Assembly (NCBI GenBank): GCA_035532275.1 | Contig: DATKRG010000203.1 | Location: 69 to 64,068 of the forward strand | Source of the DNA: Streptosporangiaceae bacterium | GTDB taxonomy: Bacteria; Actinomycetota; Actinomycetes; Streptosporangiales; Streptosporangiaceae | Reading direction: 5' to 3' | DNA: 64,000 bases | Shown: one piece after another, positions 27,200 through 36,115 of the stretch | Layout of the letters: every line of letters starts with the position of its first letter | How positions within the stretch are numbered: the first letter of the stretch is position 1 | The notes under the pieces: model-generated | Databases searched by the model: none | What the model was told of the DNA's origin: nothing | What the model saw: the letters and a program-made list of their open reading frames with translations, nothing else | Position numbers and translations under genes: made by a program

Positions 27200-28000
27200 A
27201 TGCCGGCGCGTGGCGAGTACCAGCTGAAGGATGGGCGGATGGTCCTGCTTTGCCAGGCGGTACCTGAGGACTTCCCCGCCGTCGCACGCCTGTTCACGGA
27301 ACTGTCGCAGGAGTCCTTCCGCAGCCGTTTCCAGGCCGGCCAGCTGGCGCCAGCGGTGGTGTCAAGGTTCGCGCGCATCGACCAGCCGCCCGGAACGGTG
27401 TCGGTCGTCGCCGCCATGGCGCACGATCCGGGACGGCTGGCGGCCGAAGCCCGGTATGTGCCCATCGGCGATGACGTGGCTGAGCTGGGGCTTACCGTTC
27501 TCGACAGTTACCAGGGTGCCGGGCTGGGCCGCCTCCTGCTCGGTGCGCTGGTGGACAGCGCCCGCGCGGCCGGGCTCGAGCGGCTGCGTGCCGTCGTCAG
27601 CCCCGCCAACGCTGCGATGCTGCACCTGCTCGCACCCTACGGGTGGGTACTGGCCGAACCCACCGAGGACTGTTCCGTCGCCTGCCTGGAGATCTCCGCG
27701 ATCGGCGGCATGCCTGGCTGGCCCGCGGCCGCCGCCGCAGGCCAGCGTGTCCTGGTGGAACAGCGTGGCTGGTTCGACAACGAGCGGGTCGCGGCACTAC
27801 GGTCCGCCGGATACGACGTCCGCCAATGCACCGGCCCTCGCCGGCGGACCGGACGCGCCTGCCCGCTCCTTACTTCTGGGCAGTGCCGGCTCGCGGAGGA
27901 AGCCGACCTCATCGTGCCCCTGTTCGCCAGCGACGACGAGGACTACGCCCCCGTGCTCCAAGCCCACAAGCGGCACAGGGCCCAACGGCTTGCTAGTTAA
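27200..28000 (+). CDS. GNAT family N-acetyltransferase with extra C-terminal region
   Basis: LTVLDSYQGAGLGRLLLGALVDSARAAGLERLRAVV (acetyl-CoA binding Q/RxxGxG/A block). ~90 aa of unassigned C-terminal sequence. Confidence 0.7.
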   Translation: MPARGEYQLKDGRMVLLCQAVPEDFPAVARLFTELSQESFRSRFQAGQLAPAVVSRFARIDQPPGTVSVVAAMAHDPGRLAAEARYVPIGDDVAELGLTVLDSYQGAGLGRLLLGALVDSARAAGLERLRAVVSPANAAMLHLLAPYGWVLAEPTEDCSVACLEISAIGGMPGWPAAAAAGQRVLVEQRGWFDNERVAALRSAGYDVRQCTGPRRRTGRACPLLTSGQCRLAEEADLIVPLFASDDEDYAPVLQAHKRHRAQRLAS

Positions 28001-28134
28001 GCCCGCCGGAAGCCGTGACTGGATGGTGACAGCGGCATGGCGCAGTCACCACATGAGGCTAGTTCAGCCCTTTGGCTTGCGGCGTGGCTGTGGAGCCTTC
28101 GGCTCGGTTCGCCACAAGCGCGGTCCCGGTGCGC

Positions 28135-28869
28135 TCAGCGGATCGATGACCGCGCGAATGACCACATCTGTGCCGCCTGCTCGGCCCGGACGGCTACCGC
28201 AGCCGGAAGTTGCCGTGATTGCGCCTGTGCCCGGAAGCTGGCGGTGGCCTCACGCGCCAGTTCCGGGTCTGATACCTGGGCGGCGAGCTCGATGGCTCGC
28301 GGCTCGACCTGGTCATCCTCGAGCGCTTCCCACGCCAGCCCTAGTTCGACCAGACGCTGACCAGTGATCTCCTCGCCCAGCAGTGTCATCGCCACCGTTG
28401 CCTGCGGACCGGCAACGCGGTCGAGCAGCGAGAAGTGCCCGCCGCCTGGGTGCAGGCCGATGCGCAGGAACCCGGACAGCATGCGCGCGTCACGGGCGGC
28501 GATCCGGACGTCGGCCGCCAGAGCCAGGTTGAGGCCCGCTCCCACCGCAGATCCTCGGATGGCGGCGATGGTCGGGACCGGCATGCTGGCAAGCTTCACG
28601 AACGAGTCGTAGATGGCGGAGAGCGAGGCGGTGACTTCCGGGTCGCAGGGATGCTCCCGGGCCGCTGCCAGCAAACGCCGGTCTCCACCGGAACAGAACT
28701 GCCCCCCGCCACCGCGGATCACCACCGCGCCGGTGTCGGCATGCGCTGCAACCTCATCGAGGCATGCGACCAGGGCCCGGGCAGAATCCCCGGTGAGAGC
28801 ATTACGGGTAGCTGGCTCGTCAATGGTCACAACAGCCACAGCATCCAGCACATCCAGCGAAATCGGCAC
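28135..28869 (-). CDS. Enoyl-CoA hydratase/isomerase family protein
   Basis: VVIRGGGGQFCSGGD...AAIRGSAVGAGLNLALAADVRIA (crotonase fold signature). Confidence 0.9.
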   Translation of the reverse strand: MPISLDVLDAVAVVTIDEPATRNALTGDSARALVACLDEVAAHADTGAVVIRGGGGQFCSGGDRRLLAAAREHPCDPEVTASLSAIYDSFVKLASMPVPTIAAIRGSAVGAGLNLALAADVRIAARDARMLSGFLRIGLHPGGGHFSLLDRVAGPQATVAMTLLGEEITGQRLVELGLAWEALEDDQVEPRAIELAAQVSDPELAREATASFRAQAQSRQLPAAVAVRAEQAAQMWSFARSSIR

Positions 28870-28944
28870 TGCGCTCCTCTCATGAGTGGCCGGGCGAGGC
28901 CCAGGTCCCGCAGACGCGCTGGCGGACCAGACCAGCGGAAGGGA

Positions 28945-29646
28945 TCAGCGGTCTTTGTCCAGCGCGCTCGCGGCCGGCCCCGGGTCCACCGGCGCGCTCA
29001 TACTGGCGCCCGCTGTCACCAGGCCGGTGAGGATGATGTCGACGAACGCCTCCGCGATCTGGATCCCCGATGGTCCTCTGCCGGGCCGGAACCACCGGTG
29101 GGTCCAGTTCACGGCACCCAGGATCGCGTAGCTCGCCAGCCGTGGGTCAAGCCCGGGCTTGAACTCGCCCGATTCGACTCCCGCCTGGATGATGGCTTCC
29201 ACCGCCGAGTTGTAGCGGCGGCCCAGATCGCGCAGACGGCGTGTGGACTCTTTCCCGTCCCGGCCGAGCTTCGCCATGTCTTCCTGGATGTAGACGAACA
29301 GGTACGGGTAATGCTCTTCGTAGGACTGCAGGAGTGCCGTCACCAGTTCGCGCACCTTGGCCGCCGCCCCGCCCTCACCTGCGGCGATCTGCTCAGCGGC
29401 GGCAACATTGCTCTCCACGGCGTCGGCGATCACCGATTGGAACAGCTCCCGCTTGCCCGCGAAGTAGTAGTAGACGGTCGCACGGTCCGTGCCGGACTCG
29501 GCCGCCACATCGTTGATGCTGGCGCCGTCGAAGCCTTTCGCCTGGAAGACTCGGGCCGCGGCCTCAAGCAAAGTGGCACGCTTGTGCGCATACTCCGCAC
29601 TCGGCTCGGCCTGCGCCAGCTTGCGCCGTTCGTTGATGCGGCTCAA
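28945..29646 (-). CDS. TetR/AcrR family transcriptional regulator
   Basis: RATLLEAAARVFQAKGFDGASINDVAAESGTDRATVYYYFAGKRELF (TetR HTH). Confidence 0.9.
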   Translation of the reverse strand: MSRINERRKLAQAEPSAEYAHKRATLLEAAARVFQAKGFDGASINDVAAESGTDRATVYYYFAGKRELFQSVIADAVESNVAAAEQIAAGEGGAAAKVRELVTALLQSYEEHYPYLFVYIQEDMAKLGRDGKESTRRLRDLGRRYNSAVEAIIQAGVESGEFKPGLDPRLASYAILGAVNWTHRWFRPGRGPSGIQIAEAFVDIILTGLVTAGASMSAPVDPGPAASALDKDR

Positions 29647-29798
29647 GCCGCCGCCCTGTCAACCGGCACCATGCCGTCCTCTCTGCCGCCAGCACAGCCT
29701 CAACATTATCGTTGACGATTGGCGCGGCATCACCGTGGCGGCATCGCCGGTGCGCCTGGCGCGTGCCCTGCCACCGCGACTTCCCGGCCTCGCTCCGG

Positions 29799-29975
29799 TC
29801 AGGAGCCGGCGACCCGCCGCTCCTGGCCAGTCCAGTAGGGCTCGCGGAGCGTCTTGCGCTGGATCTTCCCGACCGGGCTGCGGGGCAGCGGGTCGGTGCG
29901 GAAGATGACCTTCGATGGGGCGCTGCGCTATCTCGCGGCGGAGTTCGACACTGTCGAGGTCCAGGACTCCGACCT
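29799..29975 (-). pseudogene. Acyl-CoA synthetase (AMP-binding) C-terminal remnant
   Basis: Hand translation ...YRSAPSKVIFRTDPLPRSPVGKIQRKTLREPYWTGQERRVAGS* matches the conserved C-terminal ...LPR.P.GKI.R..LR block. Two in-frame stops lie immediately upstream. No N-terminal domain. Confidence 0.55.
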
Positions 29976-30038
29976 TCACTACCATCCGACGATCGTGTCG
30001 CGCAGCTTGCAGCAGCTCCGCGTCCGCTTCCACGACCG

Positions 30039-30266
30039 GTGACCGCCCCAGCCGCTCGCAGGCCCGCCGTCGAGGTTGATCACGACCTGTGCGCCGGGGC
30101 TTCCATGTGCCTGCAGTACGCACCGAACGCTTTCCGCCTCAACGCGAGCGGGCAGTCGGTGTTCGACCCGGACGGGGACTGGCGGCCCGACGAGGTCGCG
30201 GACGCGATCGAGGGTTGTCCGATGGCGGCGATCCGGCAGCTCGGCCCGGCGGGGCCGGCCCGGTGA
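30039..30266 (+). CDS. Ferredoxin (single-cluster, 3Fe-4S/4Fe-4S type)
   Basis: ...VEVDHDLCAGASMCLQYAPNAF...AIEGCPMAAI. The only in-frame start is GTG 30039. The stop overlaps the next start as GTGA. Confidence 0.7.
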   Translation: MTAPAARRPAVEVDHDLCAGASMCLQYAPNAFRLNASGQSVFDPDGDWRPDEVADAIEGCPMAAIRQLGPAGPAR

Positions 30267-31387
30267 GCGGTGTGAGGGAGGCACGGCCCGGGGAGCTCCG
30301 CGCCGCCGTGCGCGACTTCCTGGCAGGACAGCTGGCCGCCGGCGGCTACCGCCCCCGGTGCGACTCGTGGCTGTCCGGCTTCTCCCCGGAGTTCAGCCGG
30401 GCACTCGCCGCCCGGGGCTGGGTGGCCATGACCTGGCCGCGAGAGTGCGGGGGCCACGAACGCTCCGAGCTTGAGCGGTTCACCGTCAACGAGGAACTCC
30501 TGGCCGCCGGGGCTCCCGTTGCGGCTCACTGGTTCGGGGACCGCCAGGTCGGGCCCGGGCTGCTCAAGTACGGCACACAGGGCCAGCGATCCCGTTTCCT
30601 GCCCGCCATCGCCCGCGGTGAGTGCTACTTCTCGATCGGGATGTCAGAGCCGGACGCGGGATCGGACCTGGCCTCGGTACGTACCAGAGCGGCGAAAGCT
30701 GACGGCGGATGGCGGGTCGACGGCACCAAGGTATGGACCAGCCATGCCCATCGGTCGCACTACATGCTGACACTCGTCCGCACGTCACCGGCGGCCGGCT
30801 CAGATCGGCACACCGGGCTGAGCCAGCTCATCATCGACCTGCGTGCGCCCGGCGTGCAGGTCAACCCGATTCCTTTCCTCGACGGGGAGCAGCACTTCAA
30901 CGAAGTGGTGCTCGATAACGTGCTCGTCCCGGAGGATGCCCTGCTCGGCCAGGAAGGAGCTGGCTGGGCACAGGCCACGTCGGAACTCGCACACGAGCGC
31001 AGCGGCCCGGAACGCTTCCTGTCGACGTTCCCGCTGCTTGCCGAACTCGTCCGGCGGTACGGCCACCGCGGTAACGCCGAGCTTGGCGTGCTGCTCGCCG
31101 AGCTTGCCACCCTGCGGCGGCTCTCCTACGGCGTCGCACAGGAACTGCAGGCCGGTGCAGCCCCGGCTGTCCAGGCCGCGCTGGTGAAAGATCTGGGAAC
31201 CCGGTTCGAGAACCGGGTTATCGACGTCGCGCGCCGGATCGCGGACGTCGAGCCCGACCCGGACTCAGGCGGTCCGCTGACCCGGCTGCTCGCGGAGGCA
31301 GTGCTGCACGCCCCGGCCTTCACATTGCGCGGCGGCACCAGCGAAATCCTTCGCGGCGTTGTCGCCCGGGCGGTGGTGCCGAAGTGA
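30263..31387 (+). CDS. Acyl-CoA dehydrogenase
   Basis: GTG 30263 overlaps the ferredoxin stop. ...GWVAMTWPRECGG...YFSIGMSEPDAGSDLASVRTRA...GTKVWTSHAH... Confidence 0.9.
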   Translation: MSGVREARPGELRAAVRDFLAGQLAAGGYRPRCDSWLSGFSPEFSRALAARGWVAMTWPRECGGHERSELERFTVNEELLAAGAPVAAHWFGDRQVGPGLLKYGTQGQRSRFLPAIARGECYFSIGMSEPDAGSDLASVRTRAAKADGGWRVDGTKVWTSHAHRSHYMLTLVRTSPAAGSDRHTGLSQLIIDLRAPGVQVNPIPFLDGEQHFNEVVLDNVLVPEDALLGQEGAGWAQATSELAHERSGPERFLSTFPLLAELVRRYGHRGNAELGVLLAELATLRRLSYGVAQELQAGAAPAVQAALVKDLGTRFENRVIDVARRIADVEPDPDSGGPLTRLLAEAVLHAPAFTLRGGTSEILRGVVARAVVPK

Positions 31388-32424
31388 CGGGGGAGCTGCG
31401 GACCTCGGTCGAGGACCTCATCGGCGACCTGCCCGTCACCGCTGAGGACGATGCCCGCCTGCTGTATGACCGGCTCGCCGACGGCGGGTGGACAACGGTC
31501 AGCGTGCCCGAGCACCTGGGTGGCTCTGGTGGCAGCATCGCGGACGCCGCCGAAGTCGTAGCCGCCGTGGCTGCGGCTGGTACGGGCCTGCCGGTCGGCG
31601 AGACGGCGATTATCGCCGGCTGGCTGCTGCGCACCGCCGGGCTGGCACTCCCGATTGCATCGCGGTGCGTCGTGCCGGTCACCGGGCGGGTCGAGGGGGC
31701 ACTGGATGGGAATGGTGCCACCGGGTTGCTCACCATGCGCGCGGAACGCGTGGCCTGGGCCAGCTGGGCAAGCCATCTCATTGTCCCCGTTCCGCGGGAC
31801 CCGGACCGGACGTGGGTGGTGGCGGTGGACGCCATGCGCGCGGCGATCCGGCGCGGTTCGAACCTCGCCGGTGAGCCCCGCGATGACGTCGAGACAGCGG
31901 CGGCGCCAGTGCTGGCGGCGGTCACCGTCGGCATCCCGCACGACGACCTCCTCGCCGGACTCGCCGCGGTGGGTGCGCTGACGCGAAGTGTCCAGATCGC
32001 CCACGCCCTCGGGCGTGTCGCGTCGATGACCGCGCGGTTCTGCGCACAGCGGGTTCAGTTCGGCCGCCCGCTGTCGGCGTTCCAGGCGGTTCAGCAGCAA
32101 CTCGCCGAACTGGCAGCCGAGGCCGCGGCAGCGCAAGCCGCGGTGACGCTCGCCCTGGCGGGAACCGATGGCCCGCGGCGTCCGGTACTGGCCGCGATCG
32201 CCAAGACACGCACCGGGCAGGCGGCCGGCGTGGGGGCACGGATCGCGCACCAGCTGCACGGTGCTATCGGCGTCACCCGCGAGCATCCCCTGCAGCACTA
32301 CACCCGCGCGCTGTGGTCGTGGCGAGAGGAGTTCGGCTCAGAGAGCCACTGGTCGCGATACCTCGCAGCGCAGATGGCTCAGGCAGGCATGCCGCTATGG
32401 GCGTGGGTGACGGCGGATGACTGA
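31384..32424 (+). CDS. Acyl-CoA dehydrogenase family protein (probable partner subunit)
   Basis: Overlaps the upstream stop. 346 aa with the ACAD C-terminal helical domain (RVQFGRPLSAFQAVQQQLAE). Shorter, like the non-catalytic partner of heteromeric FadE pairs. Confidence 0.8.
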   Translation: MTGELRTSVEDLIGDLPVTAEDDARLLYDRLADGGWTTVSVPEHLGGSGGSIADAAEVVAAVAAAGTGLPVGETAIIAGWLLRTAGLALPIASRCVVPVTGRVEGALDGNGATGLLTMRAERVAWASWASHLIVPVPRDPDRTWVVAVDAMRAAIRRGSNLAGEPRDDVETAAAPVLAAVTVGIPHDDLLAGLAAVGALTRSVQIAHALGRVASMTARFCAQRVQFGRPLSAFQAVQQQLAELAAEAAAAQAAVTLALAGTDGPRRPVLAAIAKTRTGQAAGVGARIAHQLHGAIGVTREHPLQHYTRALWSWREEFGSESHWSRYLAAQMAQAGMPLWAWVTADD

Positions 32425-32486
32425 CGCACCCGGAGGCAACGGCCGGCGGTTGCCCGCACACGAGCCGGAGCCCTGCGGAGGATCGC

Positions 32487-33602
32487 ATGGAACGCGTTTA
32501 TCTGCACGGCACCGCCGTGCACAGGTCCTGGGCCGACCCCGCCGCGAGCCTGACTGACCTGATCTTCGCCACAACGAGCGCGGCGCTAGCCCAGGCCGGC
32601 CTGCGGGTACGCGATGTCGACAGTGTCATCCTCGGCGCGCACGACGTTACCGATGGCCGGTCGCTGTCGAGCATGGTCACCGCGCCTGCCGCAGGCGCGT
32701 ACCTCAAAGACGAGATACGCCTGGGCGATGACGGGGCAAGCGCCTTCGTTCTGGGAACCGCGCAGATCCGCGCGGGAGCGTCGCGGGCATGCATCGTCGC
32801 GGCCTGGGGCAGGGCGAGTGAGGGCGTCCCCGATGCGGTCGCCGCTGCGCTGTTCGACCCATTTTTCACCCGGCCGCTCGGGCTCACCGAGATCACCGTC
32901 TCCGCCCTGCGTGCTGGGGCTGCGCTCGCCCGCTACCCCGACTACCACGTGTGGCGGAGTGCCGCAGTGGCTCGGCGGACGGTGACGGCCGGAGCAGCGA
33001 TGGCCGGAGCGGCGACGGCCGGGGCGGCGGGCCGCAGGTCCCCGGCTCCGCTGCCCCTGCGCAGCGAGGAGCTCCCGGTCTGGTCCGACGTCGTCGCCGC
33101 AGCGGTGCTCTCCGCCGATCCGGGGCCTGTTGAGGTCCGCGGGGTCGGGATGTCAACGGAGCCCTACCAGATCGGTGACCGCGACCTGCTGGGCCTGCCC
33201 GCCCTCGCCCGGGCGAGCAGCCAGGCTCTCCGCGCGGCGGGCTGCGTCATCGAGGAGGTAGATGTGCTTGAGCTGGACGGGCTGACTTTGTTCGACGAGG
33301 CGCTCTCGGTGGAAGCGGTCGGCGCTGCGCCTGCGGGCAGGGGAATGCGCTTGCTTGCCCAGAGCCCGCAGGTCAACCGCGACGGAGGCTTTGCCGCGGG
33401 CTACTGCGCGCCCGCCATGGGACTGGTTCGCATCTGCGAGGCGGCAGGCCGGCTCACGGAGCCGGGGTCGGTGGCGCTGGCCAGTGGAAGCTCGGTCGTC
33501 GCGGCGCAGGCGCAGGCGGCGGTCGTGCTGGCACACCCGGGGAAACCAGCGGGCCGCCCTGTCACCCGCGGTCCCGCGCGAGCACGGGAACAAGGGGAGT
33601 GA
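32487..33602 (+). CDS. Thiolase-like protein (SCP-x/Ltp type)
   Basis: Thiolase-fold N- and C-terminal blocks. Contains an in-frame 3 x 15-bp tandem repeat (32985-33029). Confidence 0.75.
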   Translation: MERVYLHGTAVHRSWADPAASLTDLIFATTSAALAQAGLRVRDVDSVILGAHDVTDGRSLSSMVTAPAAGAYLKDEIRLGDDGASAFVLGTAQIRAGASRACIVAAWGRASEGVPDAVAAALFDPFFTRPLGLTEITVSALRAGAALARYPDYHVWRSAAVARRTVTAGAAMAGAATAGAAGRRSPAPLPLRSEELPVWSDVVAAAVLSADPGPVEVRGVGMSTEPYQIGDRDLLGLPALARASSQALRAAGCVIEEVDVLELDGLTLFDEALSVEAVGAAPAGRGMRLLAQSPQVNRDGGFAAGYCAPAMGLVRICEAAGRLTEPGSVALASGSSVVAAQAQAAVVLAHPGKPAGRPVTRGPARAREQGE

Positions 33603-34088
33603 CTCAGGTGACCGGCGCTCCCGGCGATCCCGTCCCGCCTCTTACCATCGCTGGCCACTGGGACTTTCACTACAACTACTTCGCCGGGGGAAGCGGCGAG
33701 CAGGTTCTTCCACGAACTCGGCAACCGCCGGATCATGGGCACTCTCTGCCCCCGGTGCCGGCGGATCCTCGTCCCGGCCCGCAGCTTCTGCGACGCCTGC
33801 TTCACCGCGACGACCGACTGGCGGCAGGTCGGGGACACCGGACGGCTGGCGACGTTCACCATCCTGACGTCGAAGTTCCCCGGGCTGCCCGACCCGCCCG
33901 TGGTGATCGGCTACGTCACTCTCGAGGGCGCCAGCACCGCACTGCTCAACTTTGTCGAAGGGGTCGACCTCAGCGACGTGGAGGCTGCCGCGGCCCGGCT
34001 CCTGACGCAGCCGACCGTGCGAGTCCGCTTCCGCGATCGGCGCGAGGGGCGCATCACTGATTTCTTCTTCGAGGCGGAGGACGTGTGA
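33599..34088 (+). pseudogene. DUF35 Zn-ribbon/OB-fold protein, reading frame broken at a G5 run (33686-33690)
   Basis: GTG 33599 (GTGA overlap with the thiolase-like stop) opens frame A (...HWDFHYNYFAGGSGEQ...). The Zn ribbon and OB fold (ASRFFHELGNRRIMGTLCPRCRRILVPARSFCDACF...) are in the +1 frame. Deleting one G restores ...YFAGEAASRFFHEL... May be a sequencing error. Confidence 0.65.
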
Positions 34089-34834
34089 GCAGGCCCGGGA
34101 ACGTAGCGGCCGTTGTGACCGGCGCGGCCGGGGGACTCGGGGCGGCGATCACCCACGCGCTGGCAGGTGCGGGGGTTCCGGTCAGCGCGGTTGACATCGA
34201 CGAGGCAGGGCTCAGGCGGCTGTGTGCCTCGCTCCCGCATGGCCAGGTGCACTCGGTCGTCGCGGACGTGGCCGACCCCGACGCCGCGCGGCGCTGCGTG
34301 GCGGAAACCGCCTCAGTGCTCGGCGCGCCGCTCATCCTGATCAGCAACGCGGGGATCACGGACAAGTCTGCTTTCCTCCACGAGATGAGCGACTCGCTGT
34401 GGCACATGGAAATGTCGGTGCACGCGACTGCCGCGTTTTTGTGGACGCGTGCCTGCCTGCCCGGCATGCGAGAGGCAGGCTGGGGACGCATCGTGAACGT
34501 CTCCTCGATCGCGGCCAGCATGGGCGACTTCGCCCACGCCGCGTACTCCTCGGCGAAGGCGGCGCTGCTCGGCCTGACACGCTCGGCCGCGCTGGAGGGC
34601 GCGCGGTTCGGGATCACCGCGAACGCCGTCCTGCCAGGCATGATCCGCACGCCGGCGTATGACCGGATCCGCCCGGACGTGCGCGGCCGGGTCGAGGCAC
34701 GCACCGCCATGAAGCGTCCCGGGGAGCCCGAAGAAGTCGCCTCGCTGGTCGCCTACCTCAGCTCTGACGCCGCTTCCTTCCTTACCGGGCAGGCGATCAC
34801 GGTGGACGGTGGCCTCGGTCTCTTCGTCTTCTGA
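34085..34834 (+). CDS. SDR family oxidoreductase
   Basis: [12 protein letters not shown] and YSSAKAA motifs. The start overlaps the upstream stop. Confidence 0.9.
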   Translation: MSRPGNVAAVVTGAAGGLGAAITHALAGAGVPVSAVDIDEAGLRRLCASLPHGQVHSVVADVADPDAARRCVAETASVLGAPLILISNAGITDKSAFLHEMSDSLWHMEMSVHATAAFLWTRACLPGMREAGWGRIVNVSSIAASMGDFAHAAYSSAKAALLGLTRSAALEGARFGITANAVLPGMIRTPAYDRIRPDVRGRVEARTAMKRPGEPEEVASLVAYLSSDAASFLTGQAITVDGGLGLFVF

Positions 34835-34893
34835 ACCAACGCCGCGGGCGCAAGTGCGCACGCGGCCCGAGATGCCAGGAGGAGGCAGCCCAC

Positions 34894-36069
34894 ATGAGCA
34901 GGTCACGAGAGCTCGCGATCATCGGCGTCGGTCAGACGCACTATCGCCGGCGGCACGAGTCGTCTACTCCCGAACTGGTCCACCAGGCGGTCCAAGCGGC
35001 GCTGCGAGACGCCGGCATCGAGATGCGTGACGTCGACATCGTTATCGGCGGGTTCGCCCCGGACGGCCTGGCGGGGGAGAACTGCCCCGACAAGAGCTTC
35101 CTGCCTGCGGCCGGCGCGGTGGGCCGCTGGAGCATGCGGATCAACACCGGCGGCACAACGGGCATCGCCGCGGCGTACGCTGCCATGGACCTGCTGGAGG
35201 CGCGGTACGGCGATATCGCCATCGCCGTGGGGGTCGAGCGGATGGCTCAGGCGGTGAACGTGCCCGCGGTCTTCAACTCGATCTTCGATCCGGTCTATGA
35301 GCGCGACACCGGACTGTCCACCATCTCGATGGGCGCGCTGAGGGCGAGCCGGATGATGATGAAGTGGGGTTACACGGCGGAGTTGTGGGCGCAGGTCGCA
35401 GCCCGTAACTACGCCCATGCCACTCGCAACCCGCTGGCGCAGATCACCCGGCCGTTCACGGCCGACGAGGTGCTGGCCTCGCGCATGCTGGCGTGGCCGA
35501 TCCGCCAGCTCGACGCGTGCCCGATCTCTGAGGGGGTGTGCGCCGTGGTGCTGGCCGGAGCCGAGGCCGCGCAGCGGGCGGGGCGCCCGGCCGCCTGGGT
35601 GCGGGGCCGGGCGTCGTTCACCGACACCTACAACATGGGCGACCGGTTCGACCGTGCCGAAGGCGATCTCGTCGACCTGCTCACTCTCCGCAAGTCGGCG
35701 CAGCGGGCGTTCGCCGAGGCCGGGATCCCATCGGCCGCGGTGGCTGACGTGGTCGAGATCCACGCGCCGTTCACTCACGCGGAAACAATGGCGTACGCAC
35801 CGCTGCGGTTCTGCGCTGCCAAGGATGGGCCGGACCTGGTCGCGTCTGGTTTTGGCGGATGGGAGAGCCGGCCGGTGGTCAACCCGTCCGGTGGGCCGCA
35901 GGCGGCTAACCCCGTCGGCGCGACCGCGCTGGTCCGGCTGGCGGAATGCGCCTTGCAGGTGCGGCGCACCGCGGGCGAGCACCAAGTCCGCAACGCCACC
36001 CTGGCGGTCGCGACCGGCCAGGGCGGCGCCAGCCAGTTCTCCACCTGCACTGTGCTCACGGTGGCCTGA
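34894..36069 (+). CDS. Thiolase family protein (lipid-transfer/Ltp-like)
   Basis: 391 aa, ...IIGVGQTHYRRRH...NTGGTTGIAAAYAAMDLL...NPSGGPQAANPVGATAL... Confidence 0.85.
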   Translation: MSRSRELAIIGVGQTHYRRRHESSTPELVHQAVQAALRDAGIEMRDVDIVIGGFAPDGLAGENCPDKSFLPAAGAVGRWSMRINTGGTTGIAAAYAAMDLLEARYGDIAIAVGVERMAQAVNVPAVFNSIFDPVYERDTGLSTISMGALRASRMMMKWGYTAELWAQVAARNYAHATRNPLAQITRPFTADEVLASRMLAWPIRQLDACPISEGVCAVVLAGAEAAQRAGRPAAWVRGRASFTDTYNMGDRFDRAEGDLVDLLTLRKSAQRAFAEAGIPSAAVADVVEIHAPFTHAETMAYAPLRFCAAKDGPDLVASGFGGWESRPVVNPSGGPQAANPVGATALVRLAECALQVRRTAGEHQVRNATLAVATGQGGASQFSTCTVLTVA

Positions 36070-36115
36070 CCATGCCGCAGCGAGAGCCCGCACGACAAGC
36101 TGTGAAGGGATCCCC

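Noticed and set aside
35417-36115. N-terminal 233 codons of the 831-aa ORF (35417-37912)
   Set aside because: This part overlaps the thiolase gene 34894-36069 in another frame and is Arg/Pro-rich. The monooxygenase begins at ATG 36116.
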